Below, one piece after another: positions 47,880 to 56,305 of a DNA stretch of 64,000 bases. Within the stretch, counting starts at the first letter, position 1. Each line of letters begins with the position of its first letter. A program made the position numbers and the translations under genes. This DNA is from Bacteroidota bacterium (lineage in GTDB: Bacteria > Bacteroidota > Bacteroidia > Bacteroidales > VadinHA17), in NCBI GenBank assembly GCA_043800695.1, contig JAZDMU010000053.1, positions 29,721-93,720 of the forward strand, read 5' to 3'. The notes beneath the pieces are model-generated. The model had not been told where the DNA came from and did no database searches. It worked only from the letters and a program-made list of their open reading frames with translations.

Positions 47880-49304
47880 TTAAAAATACAGATCCCTTTC
47901 ACCTTTTTTTATACGTTCAATCTTTTCCCTTGTATTCTGAGCAACTCCAGGTTCAAGGGTTGCCATGTTTTTCTCAATCACTTTCCAACCTTTTTCGGCC
48001 ACCTCTCCGGAAGCATAATCGCATATATATTCCGAAAGAGTGAGGATGGCGTTCGGAGTGCAGAACCTCTTTATGAATCCCGGCACCGAGAACTCCATGA
48101 AGTGTTCGCCTGTCCTTCCCATTCTATAGCATGAAGTGCAGAACGATGGCAGGTAATCGTTTGTAAGAAGCTCATCAATCACCTCCGCGAGCGACCGGGG
48201 GTCATTAATCCTGAACTGTTCACGGTTGAGATTCTGAGTCTCATTCTTTGACCCGGAATATGATCCCAGTTCAAGTTTTGTTCCTCCATCTATCTGTGAT
48301 ACACCATATTGCAGAACTTCCCTTCTGACGTCAGGATTCTCCCTGGCTGTCAGTATCATTCCGGTATAAGGCACCGCCAGCCTGAGAATGGCTACAAGTT
48401 TTTTGAAATCTTCATCACTGGTCTGGTACTGTCCGTTGATATTCAGACTGAGAGCGTCTTTTATCCTTGGAAATGAGATTGTATGGGGTCCTACGTTATA
48501 GCAGGCTTCGAGATGATTTGTATGGCGCACCAGTCCAAGCACTTCGAACCTCCAGTCGTAAAGACCAAACAGCGCCCCGATCCCGACATCATCAATACCT
48601 GCTTCCTGTGCCCTGTCAAGCGCGGTTAACCTCCATTCATAATCTTTTTTCTTTCCGCCCAGGTGATACCACTTGTAGGCGTCCGGATGATATGTTTCCT
48701 GGAAGATCTGATAGGTACCTATTCCTGCATCTCCCACTATCCTGAACCCGTCAATATCGAGTGGCGCTGCGTTAATGTTCACCCTGCGAATTTCACCATG
48801 TCCTTTTTTAATACCATACACAAGCTTAACTGTGTGAGCTATGTATTCGGGTGAATACTCCGGATGTTCACCATAAACCAGGATCAGGCGTTTCTGTCCG
48901 TTATCTTCAAGGGCCTCAACTTCATTAATGATCTCTTCATCAGAAAGGGTTTTTCTTACAGCATCTTTGTTTGAAACCCTGAATCCGCAATACTGGCAGT
49001 TGTTGGTACAACGGTTACCTATATATAAAGGTGCAAACAGTACGATCCTGTTGCCATACACTTTCTCCTTGAGCTCCCTGGCTCCCTGCCTTATCTCATC
49101 AGCAAGGTCGGTTCCTATCGAATTTACAAGGACAGCGGTCTCCTCCATGGTCAGCCTTTTCTTATCGAGCGACTTTGCAATTACATCTCTTACCCTTTGT
49201 TTATCGGGTTTTGTGTTATTGATAAGATCCCATATCTCGAAAGGATCAATGAATGGTTTCATCCGCTGGTCCGGGATACTTAATTTTTCAGGTGAGAACC
49301 TCAT
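47880..49304 (-). CDS. hydG: [FeFe]-hydrogenase H-cluster maturase HydG (radical SAM tyrosine lyase)
   Basis: CTNNCQYCGF (CX3CX2C) and the C-terminal CTSC-x22-C auxiliary cluster motif. 474 aa. Confidence 0.9.
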   Translation of the reverse strand: MRFSPEKLSIPDQRMKPFIDPFEIWDLINNTKPDKQRVRDVIAKSLDKKRLTMEETAVLVNSIGTDLADEIRQGARELKEKVYGNRIVLFAPLYIGNRCTNNCQYCGFRVSNKDAVRKTLSDEEIINEVEALEDNGQKRLILVYGEHPEYSPEYIAHTVKLVYGIKKGHGEIRRVNINAAPLDIDGFRIVGDAGIGTYQIFQETYHPDAYKWYHLGGKKKDYEWRLTALDRAQEAGIDDVGIGALFGLYDWRFEVLGLVRHTNHLEACYNVGPHTISFPRIKDALSLNINGQYQTSDEDFKKLVAILRLAVPYTGMILTARENPDVRREVLQYGVSQIDGGTKLELGSYSGSKNETQNLNREQFRINDPRSLAEVIDELLTNDYLPSFCTSCYRMGRTGEHFMEFSVPGFIKRFCTPNAILTLSEYICDYASGEVAEKGWKVIEKNMATLEPGVAQNTREKIERIKKGERDLYF

Positions 49305-49367
49305 GAATTGTTTGATTTAAATATTTGCAAAGATAACCGTAAAACGGCTCTGGTGTCCTGACAACAG

Positions 49368-50279
49368 TCAGTATATAAGTTCAATTATCTCAGCTCTTGC
49401 CGTACTCAGCTTCATGTGTGTTTTTTCATCAGTAAGGGAGACAGAGCCATGAATTTTCTTATGGAAAAGTATCTCAGTATTTTTGCCTGTAAAACATTCC
49501 CGGTTGTCAAAAATCTGAACCAGTACTTTCGGCTGTGCCTGGCCTTCGTCAGTAATCAATGCCATTCCCTTGGATATATTTAAATCAAGCACCACTGAAA
49601 CAGCATATATTCCCGGTGCAGGCAGCAGCTTGCATTCTTCCGTTACCGGTATGCAGCAGAATCCGGGGAGTAGTTCAGATGATCCGGTTTCAGGTTTTCC
49701 GATAATGAGATAATAGTGATCAAGATAAGCGTTTGCTCTCTGGATATATCCCTCCACTATGGCTTTTCGTATTTTTGTTGAGCTCACTGTTTCATGCTGC
49801 ACCTCCTGTTCGGGTATCTCCTCTGCCTCGAAGCCATATTTATTTCTCCAGCCCCAGAGCTGCCTGTAATCGCCCTCCTGGTTAAACCCGAAATGGTGAT
49901 TGAATCCGACAACCACAACACTTGCGTGCAGAACGTCGTGAAGTAAGTCTCTTACAAACTGCTCACTTGTGATCTTTGAAAATTCCCTGGTGAATGTGAC
50001 TATTATGAGGTTGTCAAGTCCGGCTTTTTGCAAGAGTTTCAGTTTTTCCTCCTGTGAATTGATGAGCTTCAGGCCCTTGCCAGCAGTATCGGGATAGAGC
50101 ACTTTCCGGGGATGGGGATCAAAGGTTATCAGTACCGATTCTCCCTCATGCTTCTGAGCCAGCATCCTGAGCCTGTTCAGGATTGTCTTGTGCCCTATAT
50201 GCACACCGTCGAATGAGCCTGTTGTGACGACAGGATTCCTTATTCCGCTGACCGCTTCAAAGCCTCTGAAGATCTTCAT
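49368..50279 (-). CDS. ribF: Bifunctional riboflavin kinase / FAD synthetase
   Basis: VVTTGSFDGVHIGHKTIL and the C-terminal riboflavin kinase domain. Confidence 0.9.
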   Translation of the reverse strand: MKIFRGFEAVSGIRNPVVTTGSFDGVHIGHKTILNRLRMLAQKHEGESVLITFDPHPRKVLYPDTAGKGLKLINSQEEKLKLLQKAGLDNLIIVTFTREFSKITSEQFVRDLLHDVLHASVVVVGFNHHFGFNQEGDYRQLWGWRNKYGFEAEEIPEQEVQHETVSSTKIRKAIVEGYIQRANAYLDHYYLIIGKPETGSSELLPGFCCIPVTEECKLLPAPGIYAVSVVLDLNISKGMALITDEGQAQPKVLVQIFDNRECFTGKNTEILFHKKIHGSVSLTDEKTHMKLSTARAEIIELIY

Positions 50280-50294
50280 TATGAAACAGTCTTG

Positions 50295-50918
50295 CTAGAG
50301 TGTATTTTCCTTGACGAAGTATGCAACTTTTTCAATCGAGGTTATCATGTCGTACTCTTCAAGATATACCCATGATGGCACGTTTAATGGTATTGTGGTA
50401 AAATTCAGTATGCCTTTTACCCCGTATTTTACCGCCTCTTCAGCGATATCCCTGGCAAAATCAGCAGGTACAGTGATTATGGCGATCCGGATATCAAGCT
50501 CCCTGATCACCCTCTCCATCTCTGTGTGCGGATAGCATTTAACACCCGAAATCACTTTGTTCACCTTCTGGAGATCGGTATCAAATGATGCCACAAGGTT
50601 GAGTTTTGATCTTTTGCCCTTGAAATATCCGGCTACTGCCCTGCCAAGGTTCCCGATGCCAATAATTGCCACATTCAGTGTTTCGGGTGAATCGATCACG
50701 GTGCCTATTTTATCAATAAGCTCCCTGACATCATAACCTTTCCGCTGGACAGAAGCATATCCTATCAGCATCAGGTCGCGTCTTACCTGGACAGCTGTGA
50801 TATGAAGGCGGGCTGCCAGATCATGTGAAAAGATGAAGTTCTTTTTCTCGTTGAGACACTCCAGAAGGGTCCTTCTGTATTCACTGAGTCTTTCGATGGT
50901 TTTTCCCGGTAGTTTCAT
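50295..50918 (-). CDS. rex: Redox-sensing transcriptional repressor Rex
   Basis: TIERLSEYRRTL.., winged-helix VQVRRDLMLIGY, Rossmann IIGIGNLGRAVAGY, ILNFT. Confidence 0.9.
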   Translation of the reverse strand: MKLPGKTIERLSEYRRTLLECLNEKKNFIFSHDLAARLHITAVQVRRDLMLIGYASVQRKGYDVRELIDKIGTVIDSPETLNVAIIGIGNLGRAVAGYFKGKRSKLNLVASFDTDLQKVNKVISGVKCYPHTEMERVIRELDIRIAIITVPADFARDIAEEAVKYGVKGILNFTTIPLNVPSWVYLEEYDMITSIEKVAYFVKENTL

Positions 50919-50938
50919 GTTTGATAATTATTAAAATG

Positions 50939-52060
50939 TTATTTCCTTGGAAGCTTAACTGTAAATACCGTTCCGACTTCAGGCGTGCTTTCCACGCTGA
51001 TCTCACCATGGTACAATTCTATCACCTTCCTCACTATAGACAGGCCAAGCCCGCTTCCCGATATGTTTTTCGTGCGGTCGTTCCTGACCCTCATGAACTC
51101 CCTGAAGAGGTTTTCCCGGTCCTCTTCGGATATTCCGATGCCCGTGTCAGCAAACCTGAGGGTTATTTCATTGTCGGTGCTCTCGATCAGAATATCAACC
51201 TTGCCTCCGAACCTGTTGTACTTCACTGCATTCGAGATGAGATTATTGAAGATAATATCCATGTCCTCAGGATCAGCCATGATATTTGAATCGTTCCTGA
51301 CGTTGAGGTTTATTGTCACCTCCATCTGTATAGCATAAGGCTGTACCGTTACTACAGCACCTTTTGCAACTTCGGCCAGGTCTGTTTCCTGGATCTTGTC
51401 CTCTTTCTTTTCAAGACGTATCTTGGTAAAATCGAGCAGGTCCATAATCAGGTTTCTCATGCTCTGAATTCTCTGCAGCGACCTGTCGATATGATTTGCA
51501 TAATCATCGATCTTATCCCCTGCCTGTTTCTCCTGCATTATCCTCAGGTATCCCTCGAGTGCATTGAGAGGGGCTTTAAGTTCATGCGAAAGGACCGAGA
51601 GGAACTGGTACCTGACCTTCTTCCCTTCCTGGTTCAGCCGGTTTGTCACCTTTTTCAGGTAAAGCTGCTTCGAGATATTTTCAATGCTCGATTTCAGCTC
51701 CTGGGGCGTAAATGGCTTTGGAATGAAGTCGGTGGCTCCATCGCGGGTAGCCCTGATCGCTACGTCAAGCGATGCATAGGATGTTATCATTGCAATGGCA
51801 ATGTCGTACTTCTTCTCGCGGATCTTCTCAAGCACGTCCACTCCCTGCATTCCCGGCAGCTTATTATCCAGAAGGAGGATGTCAGGCTTTTCCCTGCCGA
51901 TCATTTCGATCCCTTCCTCGCCTGATGCTGCCGATAATACCTCAAATGTAAAGTCCTCATCCATAAACGGATAGGTTACATGGAAATTACCCAGTATCCT
52001 GGCTACCCCTGACCTGATACCCGGTTCATCATCAATGACAAGTACCCTTAAGACTGCCAT
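50939..52060 (-). CDS. Hybrid response-regulator receiver / histidine kinase (REC-HisKA-HATPase_c)
   Basis: REC with VLVIDDEP..LLLDNKLPG, H-box LSHELKAPLNAL, and N/G boxes (NLISNAVKY, DTGIGI, GSGLGLSI). No DNA-binding domain. Confidence 0.85.
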   Translation of the reverse strand: MAVLRVLVIDDEPGIRSGVARILGNFHVTYPFMDEDFTFEVLSAASGEEGIEMIGREKPDILLLDNKLPGMQGVDVLEKIREKKYDIAIAMITSYASLDVAIRATRDGATDFIPKPFTPQELKSSIENISKQLYLKKVTNRLNQEGKKVRYQFLSVLSHELKAPLNALEGYLRIMQEKQAGDKIDDYANHIDRSLQRIQSMRNLIMDLLDFTKIRLEKKEDKIQETDLAEVAKGAVVTVQPYAIQMEVTINLNVRNDSNIMADPEDMDIIFNNLISNAVKYNRFGGKVDILIESTDNEITLRFADTGIGISEEDRENLFREFMRVRNDRTKNISGSGLGLSIVRKVIELYHGEISVESTPEVGTVFTVKLPRK

Positions 52061-52081
52061 GTTAAAGTTTTAATAGTTTCA

Positions 52082-52456
52082 TTATTTCCTGGTCGAGCTG
52101 TTCAGCCCTGATTCCTTTTCAAGATACCTGTCGGCCCTTATCCATGATTTCTCCTTGTCGGAATCAAGGCTGAAGGATATCCCTGTTTCGCGTGCCACCG
52201 CAGTTGCAAGTATCACAGGAACATCGGGATAGAGCCGCTTTATCCTGTAACAAAGAATGAATCCGCTGTCATCGCTTTCCATCATCAGATCGAATATTGC
52301 CAGGTCGGGCCTGAATTTAGATATGATCAATTCCGCCTCTGCCTGGCTCTCTGCTTTTAACGTCTTATATCCTGCCTTCTCCAGAGTGAAAATAGTCTGG
52401 AAAAGATAATCCGGATCATCATCCGCAACCAGTATCGTAAAATCGCTCTTCTTCAT
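52082..52456 (-). CDS. Single-domain response regulator (REC only)
   Basis: 124 aa, ILVADDDPD..LAIFDLMM..ILATA. Confidence 0.85.
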   Translation of the reverse strand: MKKSDFTILVADDDPDYLFQTIFTLEKAGYKTLKAESQAEAELIISKFRPDLAIFDLMMESDDSGFILCYRIKRLYPDVPVILATAVARETGISFSLDSDKEKSWIRADRYLEKESGLNSSTRK

Positions 52457-52468
52457 TCTTTCCTGGGT

Positions 52469-52505
52469 CTTTTATCTTTTGTCTTTTATCTTCATTCTTT
52501 TCTCC
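52469..52505. repeat. TTTTNTC heptamer array
   Basis: ttttatc ttttgtc ttttatc ttcattc ttttctc spans the 3' end of the sensor-kinase gene and the gap before the REC gene. Confidence 0.7.
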
Positions 52506-54453
52506 TCGGTAATACTATTTTAAAGCTTGTACCTGTCGGCCCTTTAGCGGGATCTGTGTTGGACTCAACCGTTATCCGTCCCTTATGCATCTTCACTATG
52601 CCATATGCCGTTGCGAGACCAAGTCCCGTTCCAAATCCAACTCCTTTTGTCGTAAAGAAAGGCTCAAATACTTTTACCTTATCTTCTTCTTTAATTCCTG
52701 TTCCTGAATCAGTTATCGATATGCTTACATCGCTAAGGGTATCTTCAAGGAGTATCCCGATCTCTCCCCCTGACGGCATTGCTTCAAATGCGTTTTTGAT
52801 CAGGTTTGTAAGCACCTGTGTCATCTGCTCTGCGTCGAGCATTGCTTCCGGATTCTCAGTGCTGTTTGTTGTTTTGATCTTAACATCAGTCGGTACAATA
52901 AGGCTCTCAAGACTCTGGCTGACGAGCTCGCTGATACTGACAAGCTGATGGTTGACCTGATTTTTTCGTGCAAAATTAAGAAGTCCGGCAACGATCTTCT
53001 TGCAACGGCCTGCCTGTTCAACGATAAGTTTCAGATCTTCCCGTACTGGATCGCCCTCCCTGCTTTCATCAAGAAGGATATTGCTGTACATTATAACCAC
53101 GCCAAGCGGATTATTAAGCTCATGTGCAATACCTGCCGACAGCTGGCCCATATGAGCAAGCTTCTCGGATTGCTTCAGCGCCTGTTTTACCTCCCTCAGT
53201 TTTTCATTGGAAAGTGCCAGATCGTTGACTGATTTATGAAGTTTTTCAATGGTGTATGGCAGGCACATCTCCACTTCGGCAAGTCCTTTCTTTATTGCAA
53301 CCGCATGCTCAACGCATGTCTCATATCCGCAGGCGCCGCAATCGAGCTGGTCTTTCCTGGATATCTTGCCCATTGAGATAAGTATCTCTTCCACATCTTT
53401 TTCGTCCATCAGTAAGGCTCTGTGATCCTCAGGTTTATGACGAATGGAGAGATCTATATCCAAATGCTTGTTCACAGCCATCTGCCAGACATTATGATCT
53501 TCATTTTCCATTTTACCGCTTGCATAGCTGCTGACCAGGGCCCTTCTGTTATATTGTTTCCCGTTCCTCGACAGACCGGGCCCCATTATGCATCCTTCAC
53601 AGCAGAGAAGCTCCATGTGCTGCTTCTTAATGAGCCCTGCTTCAAACTCCTTAAGCGCCTCCTGAAAATCTATCCTTCCCTCAGCAGCAATAATATTGCC
53701 CGTTATTGCATCATCATTAATGTTTGCAGTCTGAAGCAGTCCCCTGGTAACCGGGAAGATAGCTCCCCTGCCACCCAGCGGCGGATCAAATTCCGAGGGC
53801 TGGCTGTTGACCGGGTAAATGCTTTTTGCTGCGAAGAGCTCCCTCAGCTCAGTAAAGGTGATAACCTCATCAATTTCCGGGCTTTCGGCTTTTTTCGCCA
53901 CACATGGGCCGATAAATACAACCTTCAGGTCATTTCCATATTTTGCATGCATCACCATGCTCATTGCAACCATCGGGGAGACGATAGGTGCAAGACAGTC
54001 AGTAAGGCCGGGGTGATAGTATTTTACAAAATTCACAATTGCAGGGCAATCAGATGAAATGTAATATTCATCGCTTTCACTCAGCAGCTTCTTGTATTTT
54101 GCCGCAACCAGATCTGCTCCGAATGAGACTTCAGATACATACTTAAAGCCAATTGCCCTGATCATGCCTACCAGGGCCTGGTGATCGGGTATATCATAGA
54201 ATTCAGCAGGAAAGCTTGGGGCAACCATTGCAGCCACTTCAGAAGAATCTTCAATGAGCTTCAGCACCCTGTCGGTCGTGTTGAGGAATACCTTTGCTCC
54301 CTGGCTGCAAACTTTGGTGCAGTTCCCGCAGCCGATACACCTCTCATCTATTACCTCAGCCTGGCCTCCCACAATCCGGATCGCCTTGGCCGGACATTCA
54401 CGTACGCAGGTGTAGCAGGTACGGCAGAGTTCTTTTATGGTGTAGACTAACAT
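52492..54453 (-). CDS. Sensory [FeFe]-hydrogenase-like protein fused to a histidine kinase (group C1-like HydS-HK)
   Basis: Two N-terminal 4Fe-4S motifs (CRTCYTCVRECP, CIGCGNCTKVCS). H-domain with SSDCPAIV / GPCVAKKAE / ELLCCEGCIMGPG. CGACGYETC..C Fe-S linker. HisKA (AGIAHELNNPL) and HATPase_c (DSGTGI, GTGLGL). Confidence 0.8.
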   Translation of the reverse strand: MLVYTIKELCRTCYTCVRECPAKAIRIVGGQAEVIDERCIGCGNCTKVCSQGAKVFLNTTDRVLKLIEDSSEVAAMVAPSFPAEFYDIPDHQALVGMIRAIGFKYVSEVSFGADLVAAKYKKLLSESDEYYISSDCPAIVNFVKYYHPGLTDCLAPIVSPMVAMSMVMHAKYGNDLKVVFIGPCVAKKAESPEIDEVITFTELRELFAAKSIYPVNSQPSEFDPPLGGRGAIFPVTRGLLQTANINDDAITGNIIAAEGRIDFQEALKEFEAGLIKKQHMELLCCEGCIMGPGLSRNGKQYNRRALVSSYASGKMENEDHNVWQMAVNKHLDIDLSIRHKPEDHRALLMDEKDVEEILISMGKISRKDQLDCGACGYETCVEHAVAIKKGLAEVEMCLPYTIEKLHKSVNDLALSNEKLREVKQALKQSEKLAHMGQLSAGIAHELNNPLGVVIMYSNILLDESREGDPVREDLKLIVEQAGRCKKIVAGLLNFARKNQVNHQLVSISELVSQSLESLIVPTDVKIKTTNSTENPEAMLDAEQMTQVLTNLIKNAFEAMPSGGEIGILLEDTLSDVSISITDSGTGIKEEDKVKVFEPFFTTKGVGFGTGLGLATAYGIVKMHKGRITVESNTDPAKGPTGTSFKIVLPRRKE

Positions 54454-54578
54454 GTTCCTTGTTCCTTGTTCCTTGTTGCTTGTTGCTTGTTACTTGTTGC
54501 TTGTTGCTTGTTGCTTGTTGCTTGTTGCTCGTTACTTGTTGTTTATAACCAGCAACCAGTAACCAGCAACCAGCAACT
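54454..54578. repeat. Family A heptamer array: 13 x GTTNCTT, then ~4.5 x AACCAGC
   Basis: gttcctt x3, gttgctt x2, gttactt, gttgctt x4, gttgctc, gttactt, gttgttt, ata, accagcaaccagtaaccagcaaccagcaac. It occupies the whole hydA stop to hydS-HK start gap. Confidence 0.9.
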
Positions 54579-56300
54579 TTATAGCAAGACGTCTCTCTTC
54601 TCAAAATGCGTATAAAATATCTTCTTATCAGATATCTCCCTGTTCTCCTTCAGAAGCTTTTCGTACATTTTAATAATGACTGGTGATTTTTCAGGGATGC
54701 TAACAGCATCTGTTTCGTCGGCCTGCAGGATGATTTTTGCACGGTTCTTCCTTTCTTCCTTTGTCTCCTTCAATGCCAGTCCGGCCCCGTTGACGCAACC
54801 GCCGGGACAGGTCATCACCTCAACAAGATCATATTTCTTGCCGGCGGACCGGGCTGACTTAAGCTTTTCAAGTCCTGTAAGTCCATCGACCACAGCAACG
54901 CTGATCTCAAGCGTTCCTGTATTGAAAAAAGCTTCCCTGAAGTTCCCCGAGCCGCGCAGTTTTTTGAACATCTGTTTTTCAGCTTCATTTCCGGTGAGTC
55001 TGAACCATGCTGACCTGATGACTCCTTCGGCCATTCCTCCGGATATTTCAGCCATAGCTGCAACGGAGCTTCTTCCCTCCATCGGCTCATCGGCAGGCTC
55101 CTGACCTGCATTGGTTATGTCAATTCCATATAACCGTATTAGCCGTGCGAGCTCCCTGATGGTGAGCACCGAATCGACATCGCTGATCCCTTTGCGCATC
55201 ATTCCGTCGCGGCGGGCTTCAAACTTCATAGCAATACAGGGTGTGACTGAGACGGAAAATATCTTTTCGGCTTTCGCTGATGACTGTGAGGCAACAAGTG
55301 TTTTGATCAGAGCCCCGGTAATCTGCTGCGGTGATTTTACTGTTGAAAGGTCAGACAGCAGCGACGGCATGAACTGCTCCGCGTATTTTACCCATGCAGG
55401 GCAAGCACTTATGAACAAAGGCTTTTCCGATTTGGATCTGATCCTGCCCAGAAGCTGGTCAGTAATTTCCGAAATGCAGATATCAGTACCGGTACCAGTG
55501 TTAAATACCTTATCGAAGCCCATTTTGCGAAGGATCGAATTGAGCACCCTGTCAAAATCCCTGCTGTATCTGACACCCATCTCCTCTGCGATGCCTGCCG
55601 GCACCAGGGGTGAATACTGGATAACCTTCAGTATATCAGGTTTGTTCAGGTACTCCTGCACCTCCGTGATATTATGCTTCTCATGAAGCGCAGCTGTAGG
55701 GCAAACTAGCACACATTGTCCGCAGTTTATGCAGCTGGAGAAGTTGAAATCGCGGTCCATAGCCGGGCCAACATGAGTCAGCCTGCCCTTGTTAATAAAA
55801 TCAAGAGAGGTCGGAGTGATCAGTTCTTCGCATATCCTCACACATCTTCCGCACAGGATGCATTTTGAGAGCTCCCTGACAATTGCCGGACTTGACTGAT
55901 CGAGACGCGGCTTGATCTTTCTGGAGCGAATCCTCCGCTCCCTTATGTTAAGCTCTTCAGAGAGCCGCTGAAGCTCACAATCCAGGTTGCGGTCGCAGTA
56001 AAGGCAATCGTCAGGATGGTTCGAGAGAAGCAGTTCAACAATTGTTTTTCTTGCAGTTATAACCCTTGGTGAATGGGTCTTTATCTTCATCCATTCCTCA
56101 ACAGGTTGAGAACAGGCAGTAACGAGCCGGTCACGCCCCTCGACCTCCACAACACACATCCTGCAGGCACCCGTTGGAGTAAAATCCTTCATCCTGCAAA
56201 GAGTGGGAATGATGATACCATTGCGGTTAAGAGCCGAGAGTATAGTTTCTCCCTTTTCAGCCCTGAGCTTCTTGTTATTTACCTCTATTGTAAAAACCAT
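54579..56300 (-). CDS. hydA: [FeFe]-hydrogenase large subunit HydA-like (M3 architecture) with non-canonical H-cluster motifs
   Basis: N-terminal 2Fe-2S (CRMKDF..GACRMC), NuoG-like His/Cys cluster, CILCGRCVRIC and CINCGQCVLVCP. H-domain motifs are ISACPAW, TPCIAMKFE and EVMTCPGGCVNGAG. Gene order is hydC-hydB-hydA. Confidence 0.8.
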   Translation of the reverse strand: MVFTIEVNNKKLRAEKGETILSALNRNGIIIPTLCRMKDFTPTGACRMCVVEVEGRDRLVTACSQPVEEWMKIKTHSPRVITARKTIVELLLSNHPDDCLYCDRNLDCELQRLSEELNIRERRIRSRKIKPRLDQSSPAIVRELSKCILCGRCVRICEELITPTSLDFINKGRLTHVGPAMDRDFNFSSCINCGQCVLVCPTAALHEKHNITEVQEYLNKPDILKVIQYSPLVPAGIAEEMGVRYSRDFDRVLNSILRKMGFDKVFNTGTGTDICISEITDQLLGRIRSKSEKPLFISACPAWVKYAEQFMPSLLSDLSTVKSPQQITGALIKTLVASQSSAKAEKIFSVSVTPCIAMKFEARRDGMMRKGISDVDSVLTIRELARLIRLYGIDITNAGQEPADEPMEGRSSVAAMAEISGGMAEGVIRSAWFRLTGNEAEKQMFKKLRGSGNFREAFFNTGTLEISVAVVDGLTGLEKLKSARSAGKKYDLVEVMTCPGGCVNGAGLALKETKEERKNRAKIILQADETDAVSIPEKSPVIIKMYEKLLKENREISDKKIFYTHFEKRDVLL

Positions 56301-56305
56301 AATGG

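Noticed and set aside
36751-54578. Short tandem arrays considered as CRISPR arrays.
   Set aside because: The units are 7-8 nt and contiguous, with no unique spacers of about 30 nt. No cas genes are present.
54294-54604. The ORFs 54294-54548 (+) and 54398-54604 (-) encode LLVTCCLLLVACCLLLV and QQVTSNKQQATSNKQQ low-complexity peptides.
   Set aside because: They are direct translations of the heptamer array between hydA and hydS-HK. They have no coding-like composition outside the repeat.
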